64,000 bases of DNA from Gnetum montanum. Lineage: Eukaryota; Plantae; Gnetophyta. Shown in pieces: positions 52,670 through 64,000 of the stretch. Position 1 is the first letter of the stretch. Each line of letters begins with the position of its first letter. The notes beneath the pieces are model-generated. The model searched no databases, was not told the DNA's origin, and was given only the letters and a program-made list of their open reading frames with translations. Position numbers and translations under genes: made by a program. The stretch is taken from contig MNCI01002560.1 of assembly GCA_015680685.1 (NCBI GenBank), positions 100,354 to 164,353 on the forward strand, written 5' to 3'.

Positions 52670-52960
52670 ACCCACTACAATATTAAACTAGCATAGAACA
52701 TCTACTATGACATTAAACTAGCATAGAACATCTGCTATGATGTTAAACTAGCATAGAATGTTCTTGGGCTATGAAATTAAATTGGAACCCATATCATGGT
52801 CTGCCATGACCTTAAACTAACCATCCACTATCCATTATGTTGATAAACTAGCACAAAGGTCTACTAGGACCTTAAACTAGCACATCACAATTTGCCAAGG
52901 CTTTAGACTAGGTTAACGATTTAGTAGGACCTTAAACTAGCATAACATGTAGTCTACCAA
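52670..52960 (+). repeat. Hairpin-AAACT array in the 3' UTR of A
   Basis: Units such as GGTC-N6-GACC-TTAAACTAG and CATC-N6-GATG-TTAAACTAG, about 9 copies. Confidence 0.85.
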
Positions 52961-54639
52961 GATCTAGAATGGGGTTCATAGTTCAACATCCACAATTCAA
53001 CAAACATAGTCCAATGGACAAGAAAACATAAATACTTTTAACCATTCATTTCTTTCCCACACCTCTTAAGTAGGATGGGGTGGGTTGTTGTAGTTCTAGT
53101 ATGAAGTTCACATCATCAAGAAAAAACCCTTTGGAACACTTGTAATGTCACCATCCTTGACATCTTGTTGATCTTTCAAAGATGCCTTCAGGCATCTTAC
53201 TGACCTTTTGGAGCTGCTACCACCATCGTCAGTCATTTTGGTTAGAGCTTTCAACATCAGCATCATCCACTAGAGAACTAGTAGTACTATGGTCCAACCA
53301 TAGCACTACCATCCTCCAACCCTCACCATTTCCTACGCTTAGAAGAGCATCCAATAGTGTGACTTTTCATCATGTTTTTGGGTTTTCTAGCTCCTATCTT
53401 TGGTGAGAAATCCCAAGCACTTGCATCATTGATGCCTCAAGTCACTTGGGTGCTCACTTCTAGTGTGGCCACTAGAGCATTTTCAACCACCTCGACTACC
53501 ATTCACACTAGCCTTCCTACTTTGGACAATGCATGTACCTACAACTAACATAGCACTTGCAATGCCCTTGTAAATAGGAGTTCACCTTCATCTCACATGA
53601 TGTGGTTGTTTTCTTGTTTTCTTTGTGTTGCATTTGTAGGATGAAGCCTCAGTGACATTTCTCAAGGACGTGTTTCATCATGGTGGCAAGACACCACACT
53701 ACTCTAACATGTCTTCTCTGACTCAACAAGCTACTCAAGAGTGCACATCCTTATTATCCCACTATAGCCTATTCATATTGACTCCTTTACCTTATATTTT
53801 TCCACATCCCTTTCAAGATTCTTTGATGCACATAGTACCCTTCTTTAAGCCAACGTTAGAATCCATGATAGACATAACACAACTTGTTCCATGGAAATCC
53901 TTTTAGGGTTGGTCAAAACCCTAAGTAGATGTAACAAAACTCATTCCAGGGAGGAAGCACTTGTCCTATAGGTGTGACACGGTTGCCTCTAAGAAAATCT
54001 TGTTGAGCAACATGTATTCTACCTAGTAAAAAACATCTTTTAGTTCCAAAAGTAAGACAAAAGAAAAAAAACCAAAAAGAAAAGAAAAATGGAACAAAAA
54101 AAGTGTCTAAGAAAAAAATAGCAAAGTTTCTATTTCACAACCGATCTAACCCCAAATCCACCATCTTACAAGCACTCTGACGAGAGGTCAAAATCCTAGA
54201 GGTAGGCCATATCCACATGTTGACTCCCTCATAAGTACTTTGATGAGAGATCATGCTTTGGCAACAAGACATCATTGTGCCAAATCCTACAATTACATGC
54301 ACAATGAACATCCTTTCCACTTATTATCCCTTGACCCATTTCCCTAACCTATTCCCTATCATACTTTATTTACTTAGCACACTCATGCATAGTGAAGCAT
54401 TGTCTAATCAAGCACTGAGGTGTTTCATATTCTTTATCAACATTTCTCAAGACACTCTTCCAAATATCAACAAAGAGGAGCCAATGAAACACCATCAATT
54501 TCAAGATTCTGCATCTTAACAACAAATTTGTCTAAGTGTCAAAACATGGTACACATTTCTAAGTGGTGGTGCTATGCCCCCTAGCATAGCCAGCATAGCA
54601 CACACTTCCATGGCCGTCTAGGGCCATCTAGAGCCCATG

Positions 54640-55254
54640 TAATCATCACTTGGCCATCTTCAAGGATACAGTTAATGACTTTATCAAGTCAAAATTGTAC
54701 TACTTAGACTCACAATCCCTAAGCTAGTCCTTTGCCCAAACATAGAGCATACAGGATTTGGCAGAAGCTAGGAAAGACCTGGCCTATGTGGCCTATAAGA
54801 ACTTACATGCCAAGAAGGACAAAGACAAGGGAAAGCAAACCACAACCATGGCAACTATGGCCAATGAGGCTAAAACAACTAATCCAAAGCCAACGCCTAG
54901 GCCACCCAAGGCCCTGATCAAAAACAAAATTTCCAACACTAGTGCAGCAAATAACCAACCTACATCATCAGTGACCATGGTGTAGGTGACTCTAAGACCT
55001 AACTTTAAGTGCAAGGATCACTTAAGGTATACCTCGTTGCCTCTTAAACCTTCAAAACTACTAAAGGTTGGATGCATCTAGTATAAGTAGATGTTTGAGG
55101 ACACTACCAAAAGAAATGATAGATACTACAAGCTTTGAAGGAATCCTACATCAACAACCCAAAATGAGCCACTAGTATCAAAAAACTTTAGGTTGGATAG
55201 GTTTTGTCACTATTACCAACTTTTTGGGCACAAAGTTGAGTTTTTCATAGCCTT
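54640..55254 (+). pseudogene. gag: Second gag fragment joined to the truncated 3' LTR of A
   Basis: Homologous to 41100-41660 (KDLAYVAYKN..KDKGK; FCHYYQLFGH). Confidence 0.8.
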
Positions 55255-55269
55255 GGTTTTAGGCAGAGG

Positions 55270-55286
55270 CCCTCCTTCTAGCGCCA
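55270..55286 (-). promoter_or_regulatory. PBS TGGCGCTAGAAGGAGGG
   Basis: Lies 5 nt after the LTR end at 55292. The same motif in decayed form follows the 5' LTRs of A, B and C. Confidence 0.85.
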
Positions 55287-55291
55287 ATTTC

Positions 55292-56573
55292 TGTATCGCC
55301 TGAAATCTTTGGTCCCCAGCTGGAAGGAAACAGAGACCATGGGATCGCAGGGCATGCACAGAAGANCGGTCCCCAGCTGGAAGGAAACAGAGACCGTGGG
55401 ATCGCAGGGCATGCACAGAAGATCCTACCTTTGCCTGAGGGCGAGCTGGAATGCACGAAGGTAGAGTACCTTGGGTGGTCTGCACGCAGATCAGACAAGG
55501 ATTTCCCCGAACGTATACCGAAGTGCTACATGCTGGGTTATGCGTAAACGACGTAACGGGCGTAAATGAGAGCGTAAAAAGTGTAACAGATGTGGATAGG
55601 GCGTAAATGTAAACGAGCATAAACAAAAACACATGTAAGAAATTAGCATAAACTGCAAACAATGGTATTATAGAGTCAAAGTACAGTGCACCGGTCTAAC
55701 GCAGTTGTGATGGAGCACAAGGCGGACGAAAAGCCCTGGTGGATGCAGGGATGACTCGGCCAGTTTGCACGGTCGGCGGAGTGTAGAAACTGCGTGCACG
55801 GCATACAGGGCTTCCCAGCGTAAGAGGGTTTTTGGCTTTGATGCACAGTGTAATTGCTCCTGGGTATGCTCTAGGATTTTTGCAAACTAACCTTGACCAA
55901 ATGGAAAATCAGGGCTTTTATACCGGTTGTTATGCTAGACTCGAGTTAGGAGACACGTGGCGCATTGACCGGGTGCATACAATTTACAAATATATAACAT
56001 ATTACATCTACTGGGCATATACGCGGGGCGTATATGCTACATCAGGATGGCATATATGCTAGGCCTATATGCTGAACGTGTTGGGCGTGTGTGAACTTGG
56101 GTGGAGATACTATGGACGTTGGCCAGCGTATACGCCGATGGATGCTGGGCATATACGCTGGGGCATATACACTAACGGTTGCCAACTTACTTCAATTCTT
56201 TCTCTTCGGTGCTGTCTTCATGCTGTCTTTGGAGATTTTTTCGTCGGGCGTATGCATCTGTTGTACCTATCGAGCATACATGTGAGGCGTGTATGCTAGG
56301 CATGTACGTTGGGCGTGTACGTTGGAGAATGCAGGGCGTATACGCTGGAGAATGCCGGGCGTATACGCTAGAGAATGTCGGGCGTATACGCTGTGGGTGC
56401 AAAATTGGGCATATATGCTGGGCGTATACGCTGGCACAGTATACTTAGTGAAAACTAAGTATTTCGATCCCCAAAGTTGCCATGTGTGATACCAAATGTA
56501 GCCGTTGTTGTCCATGGGTCCCAGGGACCTGCTCTTTTCTGGAGAACCAAGTTCAAAATTTTGTGGTGTTTCA
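55292..56573 (-). repeat. LTR of element D
   Basis: Minus strand runs TGAAACACC...TACA, preceded by PPT CAAAGAGGGGTCAA (56574-56587). Rich in GCGTATACGC. Confidence 0.88.
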
Positions 56574-57607
56574 TTGACCCCTCTTTGTTAATGCTTGGAG
56601 GAATCAACCCGAGAAGCGTCGACAAAGAAGTGAAAAACACCACAAGCAACTTGATATAGAATTTGTTCTTTGCCACTTGACTAGATGTCATCGCACCATG
56701 CTCAGTAGTACATGGAATCGAAAAAGTGAAATTTGCAGTTGGTAGGAGGGAAGGGATTGTGGGGATTGGTGATTCCCCAAGGAATTATGCTGGGAGATGG
56801 GATGCTCAGGTGTGCGGCATGCTGGTCCTTGTCAATAGCCATTGTTTAGCAGACTCGGAATTCAGACATGCGATGTGCGTCCTTTGGCAGAACAAGGCTC
56901 TTGATTAGTATTCAAGAGAACTTGTTGGCAAGACCAAAGCCATGGGAGGATTTGTTACATTCTTTGGAGGAACAGGGCTCATGTTTAATGTTTAGAGGGG
57001 GCCTGTTGGCAGATAGCCAAATCCATGCAACTGGATGCTTCTTGACCATTTTGGACATGAGTACTTGTCTTTAAGACCACTGCCTTCCTGCCTAAGGCTT
57101 ATATGGGAAGTGCCAAGGGTCTCGCTTTTTTTTTTTGGAGGTTTGCGTTGATCTTGTACTCATGCTCAGGTGTCAAGCCGTGTATTGCAACTGCTGTAAT
57201 GTATTGTAGTATGCAACAGTGTGCTCAAAGTTTTGAATGTATTCGATGTATCGGAGGTTGGTAAACAAATAATGAATATACTGGGAATGGAAATGTACTA
57301 GTGAACAGTTTGATTTAGTCTCACCATGTGTGCTGTGAACATTGTCCCATCTTGCTGCTTGCGATGAGATGCATTCTTGTGCGAACACCTTGGGGTGTCA
57401 TCCTGCAAACACAACTCCAAGGAGATAAGAAAATCATGGGTGAATAAGTGAGCTCAGATTTGAACGGCTGCAGATGGAACAAAAATACTGGAGGAGATTC
57501 TAAGCACTGTGTATGCATGTCGACGACGTTGATGAGATTGTGTGCTGGTGAGCGATGCAGTGATTCTGATGAATGAGTGTGGCTGTGGAGTGAAGAGCTT
57601 GAGATAA

Positions 57608-57980
57608 ACGTGCCAGTTTATAGTCTTAGCGGACTATCATGGGTTAGTTTTATGTCGTAACCCATTGGACATTGCCCGTTTAGCGTTGTGGCGGATGTTA
57701 CGTTGCCAGTTTCAAGTCTTAGTGGACCATGTAGACGCAAGCTAGTTTATAGTCTTAGCAGACTCTTATGATTGTGACAGTGGCAGTTTACTATCATGTC
57801 GGACGGGTGTTAGTTTATCGTCATTGCGGACACTGTGGGGTATCAGTTTATTGTCATGATGCCATGACAATTGTGGTGTCAGTTTTAAGTCATAACCCAG
57901 GACTGTTCTATGGTATCATTTTACCATCATGATTCCAGGATGAGCTGTGGTATCAGTTTATAGTTGTGATTCCAGGACTT
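57608..57980 (-). repeat. Hairpin-AAACT array in the 3' UTR of D
   Basis: About 11 units of ~30-35 bp, e.g. minus-strand AGTC-N6-GACT-ATAAACTGGC, with variable linkers. Confidence 0.8.
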
Positions 57981-58004
57981 GCACGTACCTGAGCTTGCAC
58001 TCAA

Positions 58005-61000
58005 ACGTAAAACGGCTTTAGGTACAAGTGATTGGTTGGATTGGAAAGCTCGTTTCCTTCCACGTCAGCTAGCTTGAATGCTCCATTGTCAAATGCTTTA
58101 GTGACCAAGTAAGGCCCTTCCCAGTTAGCTAAGAATTTGTCCGAGTGTTCCCGAACAGCTTTAAGCACAAGGTCACCTTCTTTGATAGGGCACTTGTTGA
58201 TGTTATGTCGATGTCATTGCCATTGTTGTTTTTGGTACCATTCGATTTGGTCGAGTGCGCGTATGCGTTCCTCTTCCACCGAGTCCAGGTCGATGATACA
58301 CAGATCATTATTCTGCCCGTCATTGAGAAGTCCAAAGAGTGTGATCCTTAAAGATGGTACCTGTAATTCCAAAGGTAAAACAGCTTCTGAACCGTAACCT
58401 AGACTATATGGTATTTTACTTGTTGACGTTCAGTGCGTAGTACGGTATGCCCACAATGCGTACACCAATTGTTCGTGCCACTTCCTCTTGCTTTGGGTAA
58501 GCATTTTCTTAAGTATTGTAATAATCGTCTTGTTTGTTGCTTCCGCTTGTCCATTGCTTTGAGGATAGTAAGGGGATGAAAACGAATGTTTGATCCCTAG
58601 GCTTTTGTAAAAGGTTTGGGTTTTGGCATTGCTAAATTGTGGCCCGTTATCAGTGATGATTGTTATGGGAATGCCAAAACGGGTTACAATGTTTTCGAGG
58701 ATGAAATTGCATACATGTTTAGATGTAGTTTTGCGAAGGGGAGCAACTTCTACCCACTTCGTAAAATATTTGGTTGCGGTTATGATGAAACTATGCCCTA
58801 CAAAAGATGAGGGTGTTATCGGGCTGATAAGGTCCAATCCCCACTTTTGAAAGGGCCATGTGATTTGTGTTGTATGCAACTCATTTGGCGGGACATGTAT
58901 TAGATTACTATGTTTTTGGCAAGTGCTACATGTTTTAACCTTGGAGAAACATTCATACTCCATGTGCGTCCAATAGTAGCCTAAGCGTCTGATTTTCGTT
59001 GCCATGGCTTTTGGCGCTATGTGTCCTCGACATAGTCCCTCACGTACCTGATCAACAATAGTTCAGGCATCGGTACTACTAATGCACGTTAGCAATATGC
59101 CTTCGTAGGATCGACGACACAATGTGTCCCCTACCAGGGTATACTACTTAGAACATTTGCGCACTGCGTCTTTCTATGCATTTGTTAGATGTCGTGGTGT
59201 TTCACCATGTAGAAGGTATTCTTTTATGTTGTCATACCATTCTACCGCATGTGTTGTACTAACAGATGCAATTGGCAACGTATCGGGAGTATCGATTATC
59301 GGTTTGGCACAATTGACTATGGAGCTTGGTAGTGCGTGAAACATGTCTGGCGATATGTTTAATGCTAATGTGGCTAACGCGTCTGCAATGGTGTTATCAT
59401 TTCTAGAAACGTGTTGCACATTGATGTTTTCAAATCGCCTCATTAGGTGTTTTGCCAAGTCATAGTATGATTGTAAGTGTTGGGCTTTGCATGTATAGAC
59501 GTCTGTGACCTGGTTTAGGACTAGTTGCGAGTCTCCCCTGACTACAAGCCATGTGATGTCTGAAGCTAGTGCTGCCACAAGGCCTCTAAGGAGACCTTCA
59601 TACTCCGCTATGTTGTTCGTACAGTGAAAGTCGAAATGATAAGCAAAGGGTTGGATCTCCCCAGAGGGATAGGTGATGACAGCAGCTGCACTTCCTCCTC
59701 GAGAGGTGGATGCTCTGTCAAAGTTTAGGATGGCATCGTAGTCATTGGGCACTGTGTCTATGGCGCTTATACTCTCATCCGGGAACTCTGGCTCTATAGT
59801 CGCTTGATCGCGTGTTGGTGATGTGGCCATTTGGTTTGCTATGGCTTGACCCTTGACTGATGATTGTGCTACGTAGTACAGGTCAAACTCGGCTATCATG
59901 GCTTTCCACCGGGCTATTCGACTTGTTTCATAAGTGTTCCCTGTTATGGCTCTTAATACATTGTCCTTGCAAATTATGTACACCTGGTTATAGAAGAGGT
60001 AATGTCGCCATTTTCTTAAGGAAAAGACCAAAGCTAAACATGACTTCTCTACATCGTTGTACCTTTTCTCGTGGGCAACTAATGCATGGCTCAAGTAATA
60101 TACAGGGACTTCAGTTCCGTCATCTTATTTCTGGCAAAGCATAGACGCGATTGACGATTCCGAAGTGGCGAGGTAAATGTAAAACGGTTTATCGTTTTTG
60201 GGCAGGTAAACCATAGGTAGTCGGGCAAGTGCTGTTTTGATGTTCTCGAATGCTTCTTAGCACTACAGAGTCCATTCAAAATAGACGTTTTTGTGTAATA
60301 GGTGGTTCATAGGTTTTAGTTTGTCCGTCAGTTTTTCTATGAAGCACCTGATAAAGTGCAATCTACCTTGTAGACCTCGAAGTTCGGTAAGGTTGCCTGG
60401 TAGTTTTAGGTTTGTTATGGCCTTAACATTATCGGGGTCCACCCGTATTCCTGCTTCTGAGGCTATAAATCTGAGCATTTTTCCTGTTTTGATGCCGAAG
60501 ACACATTTTTTTGGATTAAGTCTTAGTTCATACTTCAAACAACGTTTCAATACTAAGTTGAGATCTTGTACATGTTGTTCTTCAGTTTTTGATTTAACTA
60601 CAATGTCATCCACATAATCGTTGAGCGATCGTAGCATGTAATCACTAAAGATAAATGTCATCGCTTTTTGATACGTAGCTCCTACGTTCTTGAGACCAAA
60701 GGACATCATTGTATAGCAAAAGGTTCCCCATGGTGTCATAAAGGTTGTCCTAATTGATGTTCCAGGTTGATACGTATTTGATTGTATCCTGAGAAGCCAT
60801 CCATAAAAGACAATAAGGCATGCCCAGCAGTTGATTCAACAAGTTGATCGATGCTGGGTAGAGGAAAATCATCTTTTATGGTTGCAACATTTAGATCTCG
60901 GAAGTCAATGCATAAGCGAATGCTTCCATTTTTCTTTGGGATAATGACCATGTTGGACACCCACTCGGCGTAACCAATAGTCCGAATGAAACTGGCTTGA

Positions 61001-61500
61001 TAAAGCTTGGTGATCTCATTGCAAACTGCCAATGCCACCTCGGGTCTAACCTTTCATGCCTTTTATTTTACTGGTCTCAATTTTGGGTCAAGAATGATGT
61101 TGTGTTGGACAATTCTAGGGTCTAACCCGGGCATGTCCGTATAGGACCAAGTGAAGGCTTTCATATTTTCCCTAAGCACATTCTTGATGTCTTTGGCCAA
61201 GTGCGGTTGTAATAGCATGCTTAATTTTAATACTTTAATTTCCCCATCAGGCATGGTAATGGGGGTTTCCACCAATGGGTCTTCGGTGATATTTTCGGCT
61301 TCTATGTCTAGGAATTTTGTCATGCCTTCGTAATCGTCTGTTGTTTGCTGTGTTGAGGATATGACTACGTCGTCTGTTGGTGAACTCAAGTTGATGAGAT
61401 TTATGTTAATGTCTCGTGCAATTTTGTCATACAGTCCGTCAATGATTAACGGTGCGGTTAAATGCTGGCAGTCCATTGAGCTTGCTCCTGCCAATAAACA
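58005..61500 (-). pseudogene. pol: pol of D: RT, RNase H, additional RNase H, integrase (few frameshifts)
   Basis: AFTWSYTDMPG, LCIDFRDLN, FMDGFSGYNQI, YVDD, LNFD..CTNNIAEYEGL, WGLDLI..TDNGPQF..SNGQAEATNK. Confidence 0.97.
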
Positions 61501-61597
61501 GAGAGCTGAATAAGAGAAAGGGGAAATGTTCTATGCCTTTTGGTAATTTTAAACTATGTGTACATGCATAATAGTGGATTATCATCACACCGGGACA

Positions 61598-61740
61598 TAC
61601 GGCAGTTTAAGGCCTTACCGGGCCACAAGTGGCAGTTTAAGGCCATACCGGGTTGTAAGTAGCAGTTTAGGGCCATACCGGGCTGTCACTGGGTTGGGAA
61701 ATGGCAGTTTAAGGCTGTACCAGGCCTTAAGTGGCTTTAC
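61598..61740 (-). repeat. Hairpin-AAACT array upstream of RT in D
   Basis: Four units of ~30 bp, minus-strand GGCC-CGGTAW-GGCC-TTAAACTGCC. Confidence 0.85.
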
Positions 61741-61924
61741 ACTAGAATGTTCAGCATCAACATGTGAAATGGGGTACACGGGGGAACCAGGACGTAATAA
61801 TCTCTATTTTTAATAATTTTTACATTATTTTCGGGCAAATTTTAGTGAAAAATAAGTAAAAAAGGCACAAAATGGCAAAAAAGGAGGAATGGCAGCATAA
61901 ACGGCGGCGTCAACGTCAGCGGAG

Positions 61925-61936
61925 CACTATATAAAG
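61925..61936 (+). promoter_or_regulatory. TATA box of the antisense accessory gene
   Basis: CACTATATAAAG about 270 bp upstream of ATG 62197. Confidence 0.5.
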
Positions 61937-62196
61937 AAGGGGGGGTTTCATTTGTTTCTTACTTTGAATCGTGAGCATAAGCGACAGAGCGTAAACTGTT
62001 AAAGCATAAGCGTAGACAATCGTGCCCTGGCGTAAGCGTAAATTTACTCATGAGCGTAAACGCTGAAGAGTAACCCTTAGCATAGATGCCTAACAATAAA
62101 CCCCAGCGTAGACACAAAGTGTAGGGTTTCAGGTGCCGGCGTAGACAGTCCTTCTCCACAGCGTAAACTTGTGCGATCAGTGTAAAGGAGGCCGAG

Positions 62197-64000
62197 ATGG
62201 GCAAAGGAAAAGAAGTGGAAGGCCAGGGGAGGAAGGGTCCCAACTTGACCTTTGCGGAGGAGACTAAAGCCATGTTGCAGGGCCTACCTATGCCAAGGAT
62301 CTCTTCATGGCCTGTGACATCCCATAGGTAGGCTCTGATCCTTGCCTCTGTTATTATTTTTTTGCTTTCCTTTTTCAGCGTAGACAGTCTCGGCGTATAC
62401 GCTGAGCGTAGGGGGTTTTCAGCATAAGGGGTTTTCGGCGTATACACCAAGCATGACTTCATAGCGTAGGCTATTGGGTTAGCATAGATTGTCAGGGCAT
62501 AATCAGACTTATCAGCGTAAGCAATTTTCCTGCACTATTATGTTAGCGTAAGCCACGGCATCATGAGTTCTCTATGCACGAAATTGTCAGCGTGATTTGT
62601 TTGTTTTATCAGCGTAGATTTTGTTTACTGTGACGGCGTATACGCCGAGGGTTTTTTTAGTGTATACGCTGTGCGTGCATAGTTGTTTTTACGGCATAGA
62701 CTTGCTTTTCATGTTTCTGGCATAAACTTGTTTGTTGCCGGCGTAGACTGTTTACGCTGAAAGCGAACTTGGGTGTATACGCTAAGGGTTTCTTCGGCGT
62801 ATATGCTAAGCATAAAATAGTTCATTGTCGGCGTATACGCTGAGTTAAGCAGCGTGTTACGCTAAGCGTAACAGTTTTGCCAGCGTATACACTGGTTTAC
62901 GCGGCGTATACGCTGAGTGTGAACAGTTAGTAAAATTTTTAGATTTTAAGTGCCGATTCATGATGTGAACTTTTGCTTTTCGGGCTGTTTTGAAGCATGG
63001 CTAATTAATGGTGGCGTCGTGATTGGTTACAGGGACAGTAAGCGCTTCCTCCTTGTTGTTGAGCTTGTTGGGATCTTAACATGGGTTGACCCCATTGAGG
63101 CTGGGGAGACTCCCCCGGATCTAACCGTGGATGATGACGAGGTTTGGTTCAGGGAAGGCGCATGTGAATTTCTGGCCTTCCTATTAGACAATTTCGAGGT
63201 GGCTATCTGGTCGAACTTTAGCGAGGTGATCGCACGGAGCGTGCTTGAGGCAATGCTTCCGGGAGCTGCAGAGGGTGTCATGGTCTTCATAGAAGACATT
63301 GACAAGGGGCCATTTGTTAACAAGGATGGTTCTACTCGTGGGCCCAGGTCAAAAAGCCCATTAACGTGTGTGTGGGCACTATTGCCATAACGGTTAGACT
63401 ACCTCAACAACACTCTGTTCATAGCTACCCACGCGCACACATTGTTCCAGAATCCTCCTGGCACAGTGTACCGAGTGGATAGGTAGGACTCTTTAAGTTT
63501 ATTGTTTCCTTCTGCCGTTTTGTGTTTGTTTCTTGTTTTGACATTTAGTTGTTTATAGACCGAAGACCAACCCGGACGGGACATGCATTGAGGATGAAGG
63601 ACTAGCTCTTGCTCGCACTTCCTTGGAGGCATTCATGACGGGCCCCACCCTTCGTGGAATTGTACTGGGTCAAACGAAGGGAGCGATCGTCCATTTTCAC
63701 AAGCAGTTCTCCAGAGTGTTCGCGATGTGCAAAGCTCGTGGGTGGCTTCATGAAGACTGGTCGGACAATGGGCCAATCTTTCCTCGTGACTTTGGCAGCA
63801 CATCTAAATCCGCCACTAACGGTAAATGATAACATTTCCTAGATATGTTAGTGAGTTGGTCCAACTGTTTGGATTTACGCTGATATGACCATTTTAAATT
63901 GCTTTTACAGTTGATGTACCTTCTGGTGGGGATCCGGTGACAACTGGATGAACTGAGACTACCTTGTCGAAGAAGTTCGGGGAGGTGACTAAGGCCCAAA
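62197..64000 (+). CDS. Antisense spliced accessory gene of D: NIF/FCP1-like (HAD) pseudophosphatase; continues beyond the window; two point stops
   Basis: Exons 62197-62327, 63033-63482, 63559-63821 and 63911-end splice in frame at GT-AG. Motifs KRFLLVVELVGIL..VWFREGACEFLAFLLDNFEVAIWS..LNNTLFI..QNPPGT. Stops TAA at 63388 and TGA at ~63949 look like C->T changes. Confidence 0.8.

Larger units (their letters stand above)
26667..54640 (+). mobile_element. Tat/Ogre-type Gypsy element A (degenerate, 3' LTR truncated), interrupted by element B
   Basis: 5' LTR 26667-28425; PBS ~28431; gag-PR; ~5.9-kb intervening region; RT-RH-aRH-INT; PPT AAAGAGGAGCCAA; 3' LTR start TGAAACACC at 54485. Confidence 0.88.
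55292..64000 (-). mobile_element. Tat/Ogre-type element D (least decayed; runs off the window)
   Basis: LTR, PPT, 3' UTR array, INT-aRH-RH-RT, then an intervening region with an antisense gene. CpG largely retained. Confidence 0.92.

Noticed and set aside
53050-53500. Conserved ORF in the 3' UTR shared by A and B (33100-33550)
   Set aside because: Nucleotide homology is clear but no single frame is convincingly preserved.
55311-55423. ~57-bp direct duplication in the LTR of D
   Set aside because: The copies are separated by a single N, so this is most likely a contig-join artefact.
62950-63390. Host phosphatase gene
   Set aside because: A homologue sits at the same position within related element A, so it is element cargo. 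The ORF-track start at 62950 lies in the intron.

Overview
A gene-free block of nested retrotransposons from a large, heavily methylated land-plant genome (strong C->T decay; the taxon cannot be determined here). From left to right: (1) the 3' end of an LTR element; (2) a chromovirus integrase/chromodomain remnant; (3) a non-autonomous minus-strand LTR element (E, 4239-16969) containing a GC-rich L1 LINE; (4) Gypsy-RT and RTE-LINE remnants; (5) four related Tat/Ogre-type Gypsy elements (C contains A, A contains B, and D follows). These four share the LTR start TGAAACACC, a PBS like TGGCGCTAGAAGGAGG and, where visible, the PPT AAAGAGGGG. Four signals stand out. First, elements A and D hide a spliced antisense gene upstream of RT, inside the putative protease-RT intron. 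It encodes an FCP1/NIF-type phosphatase domain whose catalytic DxD motif is replaced by the same ELVGIL in both copies, joined (in A) to a plant-mobile-domain-like region. Second, arrays of a covarying hairpin motif (4-bp stem, 6-nt loop, then NNAAACT) lie next to that gene and after pol. Third, CGTA-core motif clusters are shared by the LTR and the first intron of the antisense gene. Fourth, the L1 carries an extra plant-transposon-like domain plus coiled coil downstream of its zf-RVT. All domain calls are by eye and need HMM confirmation.
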